Shown piece by piece: positions 54,433 to 64,000 of a stretch of DNA of 64,000 nt. The first letter of the stretch is position 1; each line of letters begins with the position of its first letter. Origin of the DNA: a virus; IMG/VR virus record IMGVR_UViG_3300046001_005260, positions 4,036 through 68,035 of that record; one strand, 5' to 3'. The translations under genes were made by a program, and so were the position numbers. Below the pieces are notes generated by a model. The model saw only the letters and a program-made list of their open reading frames with translations. It ran no database searches and was not told the origin of the DNA.

Positions 54433-54977
54433 GACTCTGGCGGCGTCTCATAGCCGTGCGGCGGCGTCATTCCGACCCGCACCGCGCCAAGTCGTTTGAT
54501 TCGATCCTCAACCTCCGGCGTAATGGTTAGAGCATTCTCGATTGGCCCGCCGTCCGGTCCCGAGATTTCCTGCTTGTGATTTTCGGCAAGGCGTCGGTTG
54601 AGTCTGCCAATGACTTTGAGTCGGGTATCCACTCGCAGCTTTTCCGCCATGACTCGCGCCCCAGCTTCCCCGGTGCCGGGTTCTCCATAGGCTTTGGTTG
54701 GCGATTTGTCGGAAATGTCAATCGCTTGATCCAGCCATGCAAACGCCTGTTCTTCGCGGGCGCGTAAGAGGTTGTCGCGAAACTCGGGGTGTTTTTCCTG
54801 CCAAATCCACACGTTAGCCCGGTTAGGCATGTGAGCATCATCGCAGATGCTTGTGAGCGTTTCACCCTCCGCAACCCGGCGGCAAATCTCATCAGTCAGC
54901 GCGACCGAATACAGCGATGGACGCCCCATCGGACGCTTCGCAAGTATCGGTTTCGTTTTCGCTGCCGCTCGTTTCAT
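54426..54977 (-). CDS. terS: Terminase small subunit
   Basis: GRPSLY..EIC.R.AEG..L..IC and KLRVDTRL motifs. Confidence 0.85.
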   Translation of the reverse strand: MKRAAAKTKPILAKRPMGRPSLYSVALTDEICRRVAEGETLTSICDDAHMPNRANVWIWQEKHPEFRDNLLRAREEQAFAWLDQAIDISDKSPTKAYGEPGTGEAGARVMAEKLRVDTRLKVIGRLNRRLAENHKQEISGPDGGPIENALTITPEVEDRIKRLGAVRVGMTPPHGYETPPESC

Positions 54978-55009
54978 CTCTCCCGAATTATTCGCGCGCG
55001 CGACCCCCG

Positions 55010-55282
55010 TCAATCGTCGGCAGTGGTCCCCGCATGTATCACAAACTCCGGCCCAGCGATCAGCGCAGCCTTGCAAAGCGCGGCAATCACCAAGTCCCGG
55101 CGGATTCGCGCCTCTGTTTCGCTGTTGGTCCCCAGGCAAATCATAACCCGCTCACCGGTGTATTTTGGCCCCCGGTCAACTGTCACCCGCATTCGCCACC
55201 ATCCGAATTCATTGGTTGATAGGTGATGGTTGGGGTCATTCTCCTTCGCGGCGGATGCTTCGATTAGATAGAGTTTTCTCAT
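55010..55282 (-). CDS. Small basic DPNHHL-motif protein
   Basis: Homologue of 13504-13767. Confidence 0.7.
   Translation of the reverse strand: MRKLYLIEASAAKENDPNHHLSTNEFGWWRMRVTVDRGPKYTGERVMICLGTNSETEARIRRDLVIAALCKAALIAGPEFVIHAGTTADD
55022..55033 (-). promoter_or_regulatory. Late-promoter box for terS
   Basis: GCGGGGACCACT-N8-TTGACG-N17-TAATTC-N7-ATG. Confidence 0.75.
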
Positions 55283-57823
55283 TGTTTTTCTTCTTTCGTG
55301 ATGATTTTCGCAAGGTCCAGCGGCGTCTTGATTGGTCGCGTCTTGATTGCTTTGCCATTACGCATGACAACGGCGATACGTCCTCGCTCCCCGCATTGGT
55401 TTTCATAGATAAACCAAGCTATCCATCCGTTGCTGTCCACGCGGTCAAGCATCCGCTCAAACGCCTCCCAGATGGCTTTGAATAGCGGCCCGTTCACATC
55501 CATGCACCCGGCGTCTATGGCGGCGTCACAAGCTGCGTCAAGCGCCTTGTAGTCGGTGACGATGGCGGTGATTAGCGTTTTCCAATGTTTGATTCGTTGG
55601 TTGCGTGTCATTGTTCGGTGTGTTTGATTTGGTATCCAATGCGAAGGCGAAGGATGCTGATTTGAACCTCTCGAAACCTGGCGCAGTGAAAGCGATTGAA
55701 GTGAAACGGCTTCGCGAGCCCCATCCGCAAAACCCATCCGATCCCAGCGTGAAATCTTCCGATTGACGCGACGTATCCCTTCATGACGCCGCCCGAACTG
55801 CTTGTTACTGTGTGTGTTTTGATTCTCATTTTCTCGTTAGTTTGGTGATTAGCTTCGTCAAATCCGCCTCAATCTTCGCGGCGGCAGCAACTCCGGAGGG
55901 TGTGATTTGCCATGCCCGCAATCCGGTTCCGTTCACGACGCGGACCAACTCACGGCGAACTAGCCCGTCAATTGTGGCAGGCGTCAGGTTGTGATTCGTC
56001 ACTTTGTTGACCTCGCCCAGGCGGGTCGGTCCAGTGAACCTGCTAAGCCCGATCAGCGCGATTGTTGCGACCAATGGCAGCCCGCAAGTCTCGCGTGCTT
56101 TTTTGTCGAGCTTGGCCCCCATGCCGTCCATCGGGAGGGATAGGACGTAGTGAAGGAACTTGATTGGCGTTTCGATTGTTTCGGTGGTTTTCATCAGTTA
56201 GATTTGATTTGTTTGCAGACGGCGCGGTGCGCAATCCATGACCGTTTTGACCCGCAAGCACGGCCACAATCGCAAACCCTGTGAGGCTCAATCCGGCTTG
56301 CAAGCGTCCGCTCAAGCTTTGCGATGCTATCGGTGAGCAACGCTTCCACCCACGCGCTAACAGTCTCGCCACTGAACGCGGCGTATGCTTTTGCCTTTCC
56401 GATCAAATCTGGCGGCAAAGTGACAACCAAGCTTTTTCGGTGACTTTCTGGATTCATTCTTGGTCTTGGCATTAGATCGCTCCTTTCATCTTCTCAACTC
56501 TCGCGTCCCGTTGTTTCGCCCAGGTGCTCGATGTCATCTTCCGGCGTCGGAAAAACTCATCACAAGCCCGCCCGACAATTCCGGTTAGGCTGCGCATCTT
56601 TCGATCCGCCTCGTCGAGTCGCTGGATTTCGCGTTGTTCGTCGGTTAGGTCTTTCATGGCTTGCAGTTCGCTATGGTGGTTTCAACGTCCGCCAGCATCC
56701 GGCAGCGGGCGCAGATTGTTTCCGAATCGGGGAAAACAACGCATAAACACGTCCCCTGCTTCAGATAATCCCTCACCGATTCCAGCGTCGTGACACACTC
56801 GCCAAGGTCTTTTTCCATGCGGTCAAAATCTTCTGACGTTGCCGCCAGTTGGATGGTTCGCCTTCCGATCTTGCCGTAAAGTTTTCCGATATAGTTCATT
56901 TTTTGCTTATTTGGTTGGTATAGGTAAATCACGAATCACTTAAATGCTGTGGTTGCTCCCTGTAAAATGCTCCGACGTATTCCTTGAGTTTGCGAAGCTC
57001 GCACTCGGCAGGATTGTGGCCTGGTGTCAGCGCGATAAGCTTGCCGTCACGCTCTACCACGCTCGCCTTGACGATCGCAGGCGGAATGCCGTAGGAGAAT
57101 CGGATCGTGTCACCAGACCTAACCCATTTGCCGTCGCTGTCTTTTGTTCTCACAAAACCGCCTTTCTAACCAGTCCGCAGTTTTCCCTCGCTGCGAATTT
57201 CCTAGCCCGCTCATCCGCGCTGTCTGGGTCTGGATCGCGAAAGGCTTTGACGAGTCCGTTCTTCGTGTGGTCGGTCGGGTGGCGGAGTTCATAAATATGC
57301 AGGTCGCCGTCGGTGGTTAGCGTCTGCCCGTTTAGTATGGTTGGTTCTGGTTTCATTGGAATTGGTGAAATCTGTGCCTGTCTCGTTCTTGTTGTTCCAG
57401 CTTCTCTTTCGCCGCTTTCTCAAAAAGCGCCTTCGTGTAATCTCCGGCGACTTTCGCGCATCGCTTGTTCCATGCCTCTGTCCCGCCAGGCAAGCCCGCG
57501 ATGTGATCCAACTCCGCCTTGTCCGCCGTCATGAGCGCGAATAACTTGACCTTGAAGCGGTCCTCTTCCATGCCTGAAATCGCAGCCAAGCGCCAAAGCA
57601 TGTCGCCAAGGTTCGCGGCCTTCCCGGCCTTGCGGTCGATGGCGGTCTTTTTGAAATCCAGAAACGAGCAATTGCGCAAGCTCTCACCCAGTCCCTCGTA
57701 TTCACCCGGTCCCCAGTCGGCTTTGATAACGCCAAGCGCAAGGATCAGCGCGTGGCATAGCTGGCATTGATTGCCGCGTGTCGCTGGTTCGCGTTCGCAG
57801 AAGTCGCATGTTTTGTCGCTCAT
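55279..57823 (-). CDS. Run of small genes (55279-55611, 55608-55829, 55826-56194 wHTH-like, 56194-56472 RHH-like plus zinc finger, 56472-56657, 56654-56932, 56929-57153, 57150-57356, 57353-57823)
   Basis: Coupled ORFs; four have homologues in phage A. Confidence 0.65.
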
Positions 57824-58662
57824 TTCCAGATTCCTTCTTTCATGGGTGGTTTTTCAGAATGCCCGGTTTTCCCTGCCCACCTTTGCGCCGATGCAAACAC
57901 GTCCGGGAAAGTTTCGAGGAATTTCGACCGGTTGCGCGGTTGCCAGTATCCCGCCGCCTTGTCCACTGTCGCGGCAAGGTAGCTTTTCAGAAGCTCCCAA
58001 TCTTGCGGAGTTAGCTCGTAAAGCCCGCTGCAAGCGTCGTGGAACGCGTGCAACTCCGCTGCGGACCAATGTGACGGGCGAGCCCATTCGGGGCGCAAGG
58101 CGTTGATTGTGGTGATAATGGCGGCATGGTCCGGGAATCTTCTGCCGGAGGAAGCGACTTCTGGCAAATCCGGCTGGCTGGCTGGCTCGTCTTTTGGCTT
58201 AGCGGAAACCATTTGGTTTCCATTTGGTTCGTGAATAGGATAAGAAGAAGAGGAAGAGCAAGGGGAAGAAGAAGATTCTTCTTTAGTGGGTGTTGGGGGC
58301 TTTTCTTTTTTGGGTCTTCCGCCTTTCCATCCGTTATCCCACAGCTTCACAATTTGGTGCTGATGCTCGCTGAATCCATGGATCGCCCAAGTTCCGCCCT
58401 CTTCGGGGTCAAGCCATGGCGCGTCCGAATCAGTGAGAACGGAAAACAAATGGTTCTCGTCTCCTTTCCATTTGGTTTCCATTGCCAGCCGTCTCGGCGT
58501 GAATTTCAAACCGGAGAACTCGCGGCGGATTTGAGCGTTGCCCCAAAGCCGAAGAACCGCAACTACGCCATCGGCCCCAAGGTCGGCAATCAGCCGCTCG
58601 GTTTTCCAGTGATTGATAAAGCCGGGGTCAAGTTTCATTTTGATTCTAGGTAATTTCTCCAC
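57820..58662 (-). CDS. Putative replication initiator / replisome organizer
   Basis: MKLDPGF..H.K...L...LG.DG...VLRLW N-terminal domain, W.IHGF.EHQ, KGGRPKK, Ser-rich linker, internal DNA repeats. Confidence 0.6.
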   Translation of the reverse strand: MEKLPRIKMKLDPGFINHWKTERLIADLGADGVVAVLRLWGNAQIRREFSGLKFTPRRLAMETKWKGDENHLFSVLTDSDAPWLDPEEGGTWAIHGFSEHQHQIVKLWDNGWKGGRPKKEKPPTPTKEESSSSPCSSSSSYPIHEPNGNQMVSAKPKDEPASQPDLPEVASSGRRFPDHAAIITTINALRPEWARPSHWSAAELHAFHDACSGLYELTPQDWELLKSYLAATVDKAAGYWQPRNRSKFLETFPDVFASAQRWAGKTGHSEKPPMKEGIWK

Positions 58663-58940
58663 TTGGCAGAATCGCCTTTCCCGGTGTCGCCGGTTGCGGC
58701 AAGTGATCGCGCCGCCGCTTTGATTTTTCCGCCGTAGTGAATCGCGTCATGGCATCGGCGGTGAACGGCCATGAGGTTTTGAAGCGTGTCATTTCTTGGA
58801 TACCATCTATGATGCAAATCAAAACTTGCCATAGGGTTTCCGCAGAATTCACACCGTCCGCACGCTCGGCGCATTGCCGATGATCGGAGGCTTTCCCATC
58901 CTTGACTCTGGCGAGCGTGCGGAGATGCGTATTTCATCAC
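58635..58940 (-). CDS. HNH endonuclease
   Basis: CEFCG....DLHH..Y.......NL..V.R.CH..IH. Confidence 0.8.
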   Translation of the reverse strand: MMKYASPHARQSQGWESLRSSAMRRACGRCEFCGNPMASFDLHHRWYPRNDTLQNLMAVHRRCHDAIHYGGKIKAAARSLAATGDTGKGDSAKWRNYLESK

Positions 58941-59470
58941 AGGATGGCGTTTCCGTTTCCGTCGTCATAGTCGCCCAGCTTATCGCCGTCATCCATGCGG
59001 CTAGTGGCGTATCCAATCTGCTCCGCTTCGCACTTGTCAGCGGCTTCCAAGATTGCGATTTTCGCCGCTCTCTTTTCAGCGTTGATTCTGCGATGCTCGT
59101 TAAGGTGTCGCTTTTCCGCGAGTCGGAAAGAAATCACCGTGTTTTCGTCAATCTCGATAATCCCGCCATCGTCAAGAGGCAGCAAGAAAGCGAATTTCTC
59201 TTGCTTGGATTCTTGAATCTGCCGGTTGCTCTTGGCCTTGAACGCCCCGAACATGCGGCGGTATTGCATCGCCTGGTTGTTGCGATAACGCTCCGCTGCC
59301 TCCGAATCCGTAACGGTGTCAATTTGCGACATTTCGTCAACAAATTGATCCATTGTGAATTCCTCGCCATAGGAGCGAATCAGGTTGATTGCGGCCTCTT
59401 TCATCGACTTTGTTGCGCCGGTTGAAAGGGTTACTTCGATTTGGTCTTGTGTGTCAGCTTGCATTTGCAA
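58937..59470 (-). CDS. Hypothetical protein
   Basis: 177-aa ORF coupled to the ParB-like gene. Confidence 0.65.
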   Translation of the reverse strand: MQMQADTQDQIEVTLSTGATKSMKEAAINLIRSYGEEFTMDQFVDEMSQIDTVTDSEAAERYRNNQAMQYRRMFGAFKAKSNRQIQESKQEKFAFLLPLDDGGIIEIDENTVISFRLAEKRHLNEHRRINAEKRAAKIAILEAADKCEAEQIGYATSRMDDGDKLGDYDDGNGNAIL

Positions 59471-60350
59471 TGTTTGTTAGTATTTGTGCGACCTTCAATA
59501 ATTCATCCTTGCCAAGCGGTCGCTTACTTAGGTCGGAAATCAAATCTTCGCCTTCTGCCGGGTTGAAAAGGTCAACCATCATTTGGGTATCGGACGATTC
59601 AAAGTGTGAAAAGAAATAGGCGATGTTTTGAAACTGCTTGCGACCAATGGCACGACTGGCCGCTTCCGCCTCCATCCTTGCAACTTCCTCTTGATGCCTC
59701 TTGCGAAGCAGTGTAATCGCCTCTTCTAGCGCAAGGTTGTTGTTCGCCACCCGTTCACGAATGTCTGAGCTTGCAGGGTCTTCCAGTAGCTTCATATTCT
59801 GCCGCTTGGTCCTATCTTCCGCAACCCGGCTTTGATACGTCTTGTATGCCTCTGTCAGCCCGTTCTTCGCATCTTCCAGCAACTCGGGGGAGTGGTTCAA
59901 AATCGCCAATGCCTGCTTGGCGTAGGTTTCAGAAACCTTGAAGGATTGCTTGGCGAAGTCCTCAAAAGTATATTTTTGACCTTTTGCTTTCGTGTTCCCT
60001 CCCCGGTTTTCATCCGGCCAGAGCCTCTTCCAACTCTCCGCCGCTAGACACGCCCGCAGGCTCGATGTCATGTCACGCCGCATGGAATTGCAATCGGTGG
60101 CGATGGCCCATAGCTTTTCTTCAGGAACATCTTCGCCGTCTGGATTGATTATCGTGATGATTGGATCAACTCCGGCACGCTCGCAAGCAAGCCAGCGGTT
60201 TCGCCCGTCAATAATGGTCCCGTCTTTTAAGGCCATGATCGGCGTTCTCTGCCCGTTGGCTTTGATGCTTGCGGCCAATGGCTCGATGTCTGCTTCGTTA
60301 AGCGGATACATGTCCGCAACCCAATGTGTTTTCATTTTTTTCGTGGTCAT
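59454..60350 (-). CDS. ParB/Spo0J N-terminal domain protein
   Basis: L..SIK.NGQ..PI......IIDGRNR..AC and N..RR motifs, then an HTH. Confidence 0.8.
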   Translation of the reverse strand: MTTKKMKTHWVADMYPLNEADIEPLAASIKANGQRTPIMALKDGTIIDGRNRWLACERAGVDPIITIINPDGEDVPEEKLWAIATDCNSMRRDMTSSLRACLAAESWKRLWPDENRGGNTKAKGQKYTFEDFAKQSFKVSETYAKQALAILNHSPELLEDAKNGLTEAYKTYQSRVAEDRTKRQNMKLLEDPASSDIRERVANNNLALEEAITLLRKRHQEEVARMEAEAASRAIGRKQFQNIAYFFSHFESSDTQMMVDLFNPAEGEDLISDLSKRPLGKDELLKVAQILTNIANAS

Positions 60351-60491
60351 AAGGTATAAAAAGGACGCGCCCCGAAGCATGACCGGAGAAACCTCCCCAA
60401 CGGGGCGGCAGCCATGCGCACGGGGCGCGATTGATGTTTGTTTTGTGTTCATGCCGTTTCTCGCGGTATGGTCGCCACTGGCAACGCGCTA

Positions 60492-60520
60492 AATTTCATT
60501 CCATGTCTTCAGGTTTGCAA
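60492..60520 (-). promoter_or_regulatory. Sigma70-like promoter for the ParB/replication operon
   Basis: TTGCAA-N17-GAAATT. Confidence 0.5.
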
Positions 60521-60539
60521 CTGTCTTTTTCGAGAAAAT

Positions 60540-60612
60540 ACCGGGGGCGGGACCACTAGGCCGGGCCTGACACTCGTCAAACCCGTTCCCGCCCCCGGTT
60601 CCGTTACGGGGA
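60540..60612 (-). ncRNA. Conserved structured RNA element, copy B
   Basis: TCCCCGTAACGGA, a 13-bp outer stem and a GAGT-loop hairpin; covaries with 23982-24055. Confidence 0.6.
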
Positions 60613-60614
60613 GT

Positions 60615-62831
60615 CTAAAAAAGCGTTAGTTGAGCCTTCGCGCTTCCAAGGTTGCGACACGCCTGCTTGAAATACGACTCCTTCAATTCGCTGCCGATGA
60701 ATTTCCTGCCAAGCTCTAGCGACTTATGGCCCTCGCTTCCGATGCCGGTGAATGGCGAATAAACCAAGTCGCCAGGGTTCGACCAGAGCGTCACGGCGCG
60801 CTCGATTACGTCAAGCTGCAACGGGCAAAGGTGCTTTTCATCGGACGGTTCACGCGCCGCCCTGACGTTCAACACGTTCGTTTGTCTAATGTCCATCCAC
60901 ACCGGACTGGCCCATTGTTGCCACTGGTCAAGCGGGAAGTCTTCGCGATCATGCTTCACCGGGTTTTCTTTCATCTCGTCAACGTCGCCCCACTTGCGGA
61001 AAATCATCAGATATTCCGCCATCCCAGTTCGCGTGTATTTCGAGTTACCGCGCAACTGCTTGTATAGCAGCCCTTGCGCCTTCGTGCGCTGCATCTCGAT
61101 TACTGGGTCTTTCCAAATCGTGACTTCGGCATGATACGCCCAACCTAGCTCAACGTGAGCGCGGATGATCTCGCCCCGAAAGTCACGCATTCCCGCCATG
61201 CCGTCGCGGTTGGTATAGTTGACGAGGTTCTTGCAATGGACGGCCGACAGGCAACCCGGCTTTGTGATGCGCATCTTTTCGGCAATCAGGAACTTGTAGT
61301 GTTCCATAAACTCCTCATCGTTGGCGCAATTGCCCATGTCCTGACAGTCTGCCGAATAGATGTAAAGCGACGCGAAAGGCGGCGAATATATTGAGAAATC
61401 GATTGAGTTATCTTCCAGTGATTTCGCGAAGCGGACGCAATCCGCGTTTGCGACTGTCCACCCGTCGCCGGTTTCGATTGTAATATCTGTTTTCATTGTC
61501 AGTTGCTTGTCGTTTTCATTCCTGAGATATTTCGCGGCTTGCTTCATTGCCTGTTGCATCCGCTTGTGAGCTTCGATCTTGGCGTTCACAACAGCGAGGA
61601 TTGATTGCTCGTTGCGCCCCTGAATGACATGCGCGGTGACTGGCTTCTTTTGGCCGAATCGGTAGGACCGGCGCAGCGCCTGATAGAACTCTTCAAACGA
61701 GTAGGTTAGGCCGACGAATATGACGTTGCTGCAATGTTGCCAATTCAAGCCGTGGCCTGCGAGTCCTGGCTTTGTGATGATAACGCGAACCTCGCCGTTT
61801 GTGAATGAATCCAAGTCGCGTTCCTTGCTCGCTGCCGTGTCACTTCCGCGAACTTCAACCGCTTCAGGAATGAGTCTTTTCAATTCGTCGGCCTCATAGT
61901 TGGTATTGCACCAAACAATAACTGGCCCTTCCGATTCCGCCACGATTCGCGCAGCTTCCTTGCATCGCTCGGGACACGAAAGGCGCATCTCCTTGTGAAT
62001 TGAAGTCGCATTCAACTCTGGATTGCGGAATAACTCGCCTTCCGCCGCTCCTTCTGCTTCGTCAATCTGCACGAATATCGGATTGATCGTTAGCTCAGGC
62101 AGGATGTATTTCGACCCGTCATAACCAATGTCGGCAGGATTGGAAACGCACGCAGCCCATGAACTAACCCACTTCCAGAAGTCCGCTTCAGCGTGTCCCT
62201 TCAAGCGGTAACTTCCAAAGTTCATCGTGTCGTTAATGAACCAGCGGGAAAGCATCTCGTTGGATGGCATAACGCCAAGGAACTCGGCATGCTGCCCGAA
62301 CTCCATGTAATCGTTAGGCGCTGGCGTAGCAGTGCAACAAAGCCGGTATTTGTGATTCACAAACGTATCAGTCAGCGTCTTGCGCATCTTTCCAGTGAAG
62401 TTTTTCAGAATGCTCGATTCGTCCAAAACTACACCGATGAACTCGCTTGCGTTGAAGTGTTCTAACTTCTCGTAGTTCGTGATATAGATTCCCGGTTCGC
62501 CGCAATCTGCTTGCGACTTGGCAACGCTTGCAACGATTCCGAATTTCTCAGCTTCGTGATTGGTTTGGTGAGCGACCGCCAGCGGCGTCAGAATCAGGAC
62601 TTTCGATCCTGGTTCATGCTGGCAAATCTGATGCGCCCATTCAAGCTGCTGCAAAGTCTTGCCAAGTCCGCAATCTTCAAAGAGCGCGGCGCGGCCTTGC
62701 CTTGTTGCCCATCTGACAACGTGAGCTTGCCAGTCGAACAATGGCGCGGTGATTGGTAGCGGTTCAAATCCATGGCTATTTGCAAGCCGTGTTTTGCCGA
62801 TGATAAATTCGTCGTAGTCTATGCTTTTCAT
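60615..62831 (-). CDS. SNF2-like helicase / N4-N6 DNA methyltransferase fusion
   Basis: GLGKT, LDES and TATP helicase motifs; SPPF and SPFTGIGS methyltransferase motifs. Confidence 0.85.
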   Translation of the reverse strand: MKSIDYDEFIIGKTRLANSHGFEPLPITAPLFDWQAHVVRWATRQGRAALFEDCGLGKTLQQLEWAHQICQHEPGSKVLILTPLAVAHQTNHEAEKFGIVASVAKSQADCGEPGIYITNYEKLEHFNASEFIGVVLDESSILKNFTGKMRKTLTDTFVNHKYRLCCTATPAPNDYMEFGQHAEFLGVMPSNEMLSRWFINDTMNFGSYRLKGHAEADFWKWVSSWAACVSNPADIGYDGSKYILPELTINPIFVQIDEAEGAAEGELFRNPELNATSIHKEMRLSCPERCKEAARIVAESEGPVIVWCNTNYEADELKRLIPEAVEVRGSDTAASKERDLDSFTNGEVRVIITKPGLAGHGLNWQHCSNVIFVGLTYSFEEFYQALRRSYRFGQKKPVTAHVIQGRNEQSILAVVNAKIEAHKRMQQAMKQAAKYLRNENDKQLTMKTDITIETGDGWTVANADCVRFAKSLEDNSIDFSIYSPPFASLYIYSADCQDMGNCANDEEFMEHYKFLIAEKMRITKPGCLSAVHCKNLVNYTNRDGMAGMRDFRGEIIRAHVELGWAYHAEVTIWKDPVIEMQRTKAQGLLYKQLRGNSKYTRTGMAEYLMIFRKWGDVDEMKENPVKHDREDFPLDQWQQWASPVWMDIRQTNVLNVRAAREPSDEKHLCPLQLDVIERAVTLWSNPGDLVYSPFTGIGSEGHKSLELGRKFIGSELKESYFKQACRNLGSAKAQLTLF

Positions 62832-62840
62832 GTGTTGGTT

Positions 62841-63760
62841 CTATTTCTTGATCTTCGCTTCCCAATGGATACACCCGAACATCGGGCCGGGCGAAACAAC
62901 CTCGCTAGGATTTAGGTCGTCTCTTTTCCAGTTGGCGCTCTTCACTTTTGGGTGATCACAGAATCCCCAGTGATTGTCCCGCTTGTCCCAGTATTTGCAG
63001 TCTTTACATTTTCCGATTGTTTTCATGTTTTCTTGTTGGTTGGTATATCAAAACGGCGGATTGTCGCCATCGTCGAAATGTTCAGGCGCAAACCCATCCG
63101 CCTTAGCCTGCTCATGCCGTTGCCGTTCAGGCGGTTGGCGATGCGCTGGCGCTGGTCGCTGCTGCTCCTTATTCGCCGGGTAAAGCGACAGCCAACCGGA
63201 CCAGTCCGGCCCGACAGGTATCGTTGTCAGCTTCAAGCTGATTCGCCCCTGGTCATCGGTGAACGCCTTGCCTACGTTGGTGTATTGTTTCTTTTTGTCG
63301 CCGGTTTGCCGGTCGGTGTATTCGCCAGTAGTGGCTACGATGTCATGAGTGTATTGTGATGCCATATTGTTATTGATTCCAAAGTTTGATGTTCATTCTG
63401 ATTGCGAGCGCAACAAGCGCATCGTGTTCGTTGTCGGCGTTCTCTGTGATTCCGCCGCTAGTGGCGGTATAAACCGGCCCTTGGCTTGTGGCTTTGCGCT
63501 CCGTGGTTATCCCGTGTTTTTCCATCCAAAGCAGCCTTGGCGACTTCATTGGTGGCATTCCGGCGAATAAGTCATCTGTCATTTTTCTTTTTCTCTCTGG
63601 TTAGTTGTCCGCGTGTCTTTGCAAGCTCTTTGCGCAGCGTGTCGATTTCCTCGTCCATTTTGACGCAGTGAGCGAAAAGCATTTCCTTTGCTGATGTTGC
63701 CGGGTATGCGTCCCACGTCTCGCAGTAGCGCTCCCATTTCTTCATGTATTTTTCGCTCAT
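62841..63760 (-). CDS. Small genes (62841-63026 Cys-rich, 63048-63365 SSB-like, 63370-63582, 63572-63760)
   Basis: 63048-63365 is beta-rich with an acidic DDGDNPPF tail; 63370-63582 is homologous to 23476-23697. Confidence 0.65.
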
Positions 63761-64000
63761 GATTCTTGTCTCCTTCCGTATTCGGCTATTAGCAATGCGT
63801 CGCTGGTCGCATGAGTGCATTTCATAGCCGGAAATAGCTCCTGCGCCTTGCGCTTGGAAACGTTCTTGTCGCCCCCCGTGCGGCACCCTAGCTCTTTCTG
63901 CCACCGTTGCGGACTAACCCGCTCAAACGGTATCCCGGCGGCAGTGAGCGCCATTTCCAAGCGTCCGAATCCCTGCCCGAAAGTGAAAGCTGATTTGACG
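63757..64000 (-). CDS. RuvC-like Holliday junction resolvase (5' end truncated)
   Basis: F.FGQ.FG, V.PQ.WQK, DK......A..LFP and DALLIA motifs. Confidence 0.75.
   Translation of the reverse strand, partial: VKSAFTFGQGFGRLEMALTAAGIPFERVSPQRWQKELGCRTGGDKNVSKRKAQELFPAMKCTHATSDALLIAEYGRRQES

Larger units (their letters stand above)
33716..64000 (-). mobile_element. Phage B genome, partial (right end truncated); syntenic relative of phage A
   Basis: Second full set of terminase, portal, protease, capsid and tail genes, colinear with 1-13.5 kb but diverged. Confidence 0.9.

Noticed and set aside
60549-60557. GGGACCACT, a partial phage B late box, on the plus strand inside the ncRNA
   Set aside because: Incomplete box, opposite orientation, and no -35 or start codon at the fixed spacing.
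63260-63270. 11-nt contiguous match (CAAGGCGTTCA) to the concatenated NN string of D2 in phage B
   Set aside because: A match of this length is expected by chance over both strands of 64 kb with six guides. My partial by-eye search found no full guide target in the window.
17-63671. Numerous plus-strand ORFs in the track
   Set aside because: They are antisense shadows of GC-rich minus-strand genes; only 47385-48193 has a promoter and free coding space.
1-64000. Transposable Mu-type lifestyle
   Set aside because: The head genes are Mu-like, but no MuA/MuB transposase genes or Mu ends are seen, and replication genes are of primase or initiator type.

Overview
The window holds two related but clearly distinct tailed-phage genomes in head-to-tail tandem, with nearly all genes on the minus strand. 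Phage A covers about 1-33.6 kb (structural genes 1-13.5 kb; replication and early genes 13.5-33.6 kb). Phage B covers about 33.7-64 kb (structural genes 33.7-55 kb; replication and early genes 55-64 kb, truncated). The exact junction cannot be resolved and may be an assembly artefact. Both phages have a Mu-like head module (DUF935 portal, MuF, gpG-like, protease I with internal scaffold), a BPP-1-like capsid and cement pair, a CHAP endolysin and an SNF2-methyltransferase fusion, but they carry different replication modules. No integrase or transposase is visible. The main discovery is a stand-alone Cas7/RAMP-like gene (28165-28797) flanked on both sides by non-coding arrays. Each array is built from strict 5-nt periods (mostly GGC/GGA followed by a variable NN), cut into six 7-8-period units by a CGCA linker, and closed by a hairpin plus GGTATAAA(A)TC. 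This is a candidate RNA-guided system with a non-contiguous guide code. Other signals: a phage-specific late-promoter box 43-44 nt before leaderless start codons, with further copies hidden inside the protease codons; three tRNA T-arm-like hairpins after the first gene of early operons; a covarying ncRNA shared by both phages; a two-frame overlapping C5 methyltransferase; and a degenerate ADP-ribosyltransferase-like domain on MuF. All family calls come from motif recognition by eye, not from database searches.
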